From the NCBI GenBank assembly GCA_963798855.1, contig CAWCUU010000001.1, positions 629,689 to 693,688 on the forward strand: a DNA stretch of 64,000 nucleotides, written 5' to 3'. Each line of letters begins with the position of its first letter. The first letter of the stretch is position 1. Made by a program: the position numbers and the translations under genes. This stretch comes from an uncultured Gemmatimonadales bacterium (GTDB lineage: Bacteria > Gemmatimonadota > Gemmatimonadetes > Longimicrobiales > RSA9). Below are positions 60,225 to 64,000 of the stretch, piece after piece. Under the pieces are notes generated by a model. It saw only the letters and a program-made list of their open reading frames with translations, had not been told where the DNA came from and did not search any database.

Positions 60225-61700
60225 ATGCCCGGTTCGGCGACGATGGACGCGGCCGGGCCCGAGGGGGCCCGGCCGCGTCGTCTTTCGGATGAAGGCCTCA
60301 GCGTGAATGAGCGCTGGCGGAAGCCCGAGACGAGCGACGTCGCGCTGGCGCGACGCTTCGTCGCGCATCTCCGGCAGAATCAGGACCTGCTCCCCGCGGG
60401 CTCACGAGTGCTCGTCGCGTTGTCGGGCGGTCTGGACTCGCTCGTCCTGCTGCACCTCCTGCTTGCCCATGAGACCGACCTCTGTGTCCAGGTCACCGCC
60501 GCCCATTTCGATCATCGCATGCGCGAGGGAAGCCGCGCGGATGCGCGGTGGACGCGCGCGCTGTGCCGCGAGCTCCGCATCCACTTTTTGACCGCGGCGG
60601 CGTCACAGGCTCTCCGCTCGGAGTCGGATGCGCGCGCGGAGCGATACCGCTTCCTTCGGCGGGCCGCTCGGCGCGTGGACGCGAGCCGAATCGTGACCGG
60701 TCACCACGCGGACGATCAGATCGAGACGCTGGTCTTCCGGCTCGCGCGCGGAACCGGGATGCGGGGGATGCGCGGGATTCCTCGTCGCAGGGGGTGCTTG
60801 GTCAGGCCGCTCCTGCCGTTCCGCCGGGCGGAGCTGGAGGAGTATGCGGCTTCCGTCGGAATCGAGGCTCGCGAGGATCCCAGCAATCGGGACCGCCGGT
60901 TCGCTCGCAATCGGCTGCGCCATGATCTGCTGCCTCGACTGTCCGCGATGGATCCCGAGCTGCCCAGGAGATTGCTCGAGACTGCTGCCTCGGCCGAGCT
61001 GGCCGAGGCAGCCTGGAACGGCGTCCTCGAGAGGCTCGCCTCGCGCGTCGTGCTCCACGAATCCGAGGCGTCCATTGAGCTTGCCAGGCCCGTCCTGCTT
61101 TCCTATCATCCGCACATTACTGCAAGGCTGCTACGAGTTGTCTGCCGCCGCGTGGGCTGCGTCCCCGGTCGGGCCGGAACCCGCGCGGCACTCGCGTTTA
61201 TTAGCTCCGGCTGCAGCGGACGCGCCATTTCACTCGCGGGCGGCTGGCGTCTCGAGAGGGAGTTCGACCGCCTCTGCGTCCGGCGCGCGTCGGTCTCCGG
61301 CGCGACTGGAGTCGAGGACCGGCCGCTCCTTATCGAGACCCTCGCCGGTGAAGGAAGCGCTTGGGTCGGTGGGCGCCGTTTGCTCGTGCGCTGGGGCTCA
61401 TTGGCGGAGGAGGCGACACCGGACCAGGCGGCTCTCGCCTCCTCGGCGCTCCGCCTCCCGCTGGAGCTGCGAGGCTGGCGACCGGGTGAGCGGATCGCGC
61501 TGCCCTGTGGAACCAAGAAGATGAAGAAGCTGCTGGCCGAACGCCGGGTCGGGGTGCGCGCGCGACGGCGGGCGGCCGTCCTCGTGGACGCGGAAGGCCG
61601 CGTGCTGTGGGTCGCTGGCGTCGTGCGGCGCGCCGGTGTGGAGCCCGTCCCGGGCGAGTCCGTATTCAGAATCACGGTTAGGGATGCCGAACTCCACTGA
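60225..61700 (+). CDS. tilS: tRNA(Ile)-lysidine synthetase
   Basis: PP-loop VLVALSGGLDSLVLLHLL, HFDHRMR, TGHHADDQIETLVFRLARG, and the C-terminal domain (RPGERIALPCGTKKMKKLLAERRV). Start uncertain: ATG at 60225 chosen. Confidence 0.88.
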   Translation: MPGSATMDAAGPEGARPRRLSDEGLSVNERWRKPETSDVALARRFVAHLRQNQDLLPAGSRVLVALSGGLDSLVLLHLLLAHETDLCVQVTAAHFDHRMREGSRADARWTRALCRELRIHFLTAAASQALRSESDARAERYRFLRRAARRVDASRIVTGHHADDQIETLVFRLARGTGMRGMRGIPRRRGCLVRPLLPFRRAELEEYAASVGIEAREDPSNRDRRFARNRLRHDLLPRLSAMDPELPRRLLETAASAELAEAAWNGVLERLASRVVLHESEASIELARPVLLSYHPHITARLLRVVCRRVGCVPGRAGTRAALAFISSGCSGRAISLAGGWRLEREFDRLCVRRASVSGATGVEDRPLLIETLAGEGSAWVGGRRLLVRWGSLAEEATPDQAALASSALRLPLELRGWRPGERIALPCGTKKMKKLLAERRVGVRARRRAAVLVDAEGRVLWVAGVVRRAGVEPVPGESVFRITVRDAELH

Positions 61701-62238
61701 CGTGGCCGGACGGACGGGTGGCCAGGCGCTGCGGCGTATCGTCTTCGATGAAGGGCAGATCGGCTCGCGCGTCGAGGCGATGGGGCATGCCATTACGGAT
61801 GCCTACCCGGACGGGGAGGAGTTGCTGGTTCTCGGACTGCTGAAGGGCTCGTTCATCTTTCTCGCCGACCTCGTCCGCCACATTGATCGACCGTTGCACG
61901 TCGACTTTCTCGTCGCTTCGAGCTATGGTGCCGGTACGGTCAGCAGCGGCGATGTGCGGCTCCTCTACGACCCCGAGGCGTCCGTCGAGGGGCGCCACGT
62001 GCTGCTCGTGGAGGACATCATCGACAGCGGGACGACGCTGAGTCGGCTGATCCCGCTGCTGCGCAGGCGCAGCCCGCGGAGCCTCGAGCTCTGCGCGTTG
62101 CTGCACAAGCGCATCGCGGGCGATTTCGGACTCGAGCCGCGCTGGGTGGGTTTCGACGCACCCCGTGAATTCCTGATCGGATACGGGCTCGATCACAGCG
62201 AGAATTTCCGAAATCTGCCCTTCATCGCGAGTCTCTGA
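61684..62238 (+). CDS. hpt: Hypoxanthine(-guanine) phosphoribosyltransferase
   Basis: LLKGSFIFLADLVR and VLLVEDIIDSGTTL (PRPP-binding motif). The conserved tilS-hpt-ftsH order. The ATG at 61684 overlaps the tilS 3' end. Confidence 0.92.
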   Translation: MPNSTDVAGRTGGQALRRIVFDEGQIGSRVEAMGHAITDAYPDGEELLVLGLLKGSFIFLADLVRHIDRPLHVDFLVASSYGAGTVSSGDVRLLYDPEASVEGRHVLLVEDIIDSGTTLSRLIPLLRRRSPRSLELCALLHKRIAGDFGLEPRWVGFDAPREFLIGYGLDHSENFRNLPFIASL

Positions 62239-62266
62239 CGACGTTGGACGTTGAAGGATCCGAAGA

Positions 62267-64000
<1,734 letters not shown>

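Overview
Very GC-rich bacterial chromosomal window, densely coding on both strands. The gene content (SusC/SusD locus, ba3 oxidase, uptake hydrogenase) suggests a Gemmatimonadota-like organism, but that phylum guess is inference only.

Gene order, left to right:
1. A membrane-bound uptake [NiFe]-hydrogenase operon: small subunit (5' end probably off-window), large subunit, cytochrome b and maturation protease. It is followed by a reduced maturation set: a HypA-like protein without the zinc module, HypB, and a HypF missing most of its acylphosphatase domain and carrying an Arg-Gly repeat tail.
2. A four-gene cluster: lipoprotein multihaem cytochrome, ~500-aa predicted outer-membrane beta-barrel, 16-haem cytochrome, TPR lipoprotein. 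I read this as a candidate, atypical porin-cytochrome electron conduit. It is the most interesting locus in the window.
3. A PNPOx-like protein, a P1B-type ATPase with a TPC(P) motif, and a UPF0104 membrane protein.
4. A ten-gene Mrp-type antiporter-like cluster with three MrpD/NuoN-like pump subunits.
5. An alpha-glucan utilisation locus: GH13, MFS sugar symporter, SusD/SusC pair, ROK regulator, GH97.
6. A metal-uptake locus (porin-like barrel, ZnuA/TroA-like binding protein, permease) with no ATPase gene.
7. An APC permease, a surface lipoprotein, an M28 peptidase, cspA, MarC and a D-aminoacylase.
8. A ba3-type (B-family) haem-copper oxidase operon, including a 46-aa subunit IIa gene that is absent from the ORF track.
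9. Two sensor kinases, a NarL-type regulator and a tandem USP protein.
10. tilS-hpt-ftsH, with ftsH truncated at the 3' window edge.

I saw no rRNA, tRNA, CRISPR array, transposase or integrase.

The non-coding DNA is unusually structured. It contains tandem arrays of GC mini-hairpins, and one such array appears inserted in-frame into the APC permease gene. It also contains G-tract (GGGCGA)n blocks on the sense strand of the upstream gene, 13-bp and 9-bp tandem repeats, a ~270-bp MITE-like inverted-repeat element abutting a stop codon, and a dispersed ~40-nt motif present twice.

Many long ORFs in the track are antisense or off-frame artefacts of the high GC content and were rejected. All homology calls come from motif recognition by eye; no database search was run.
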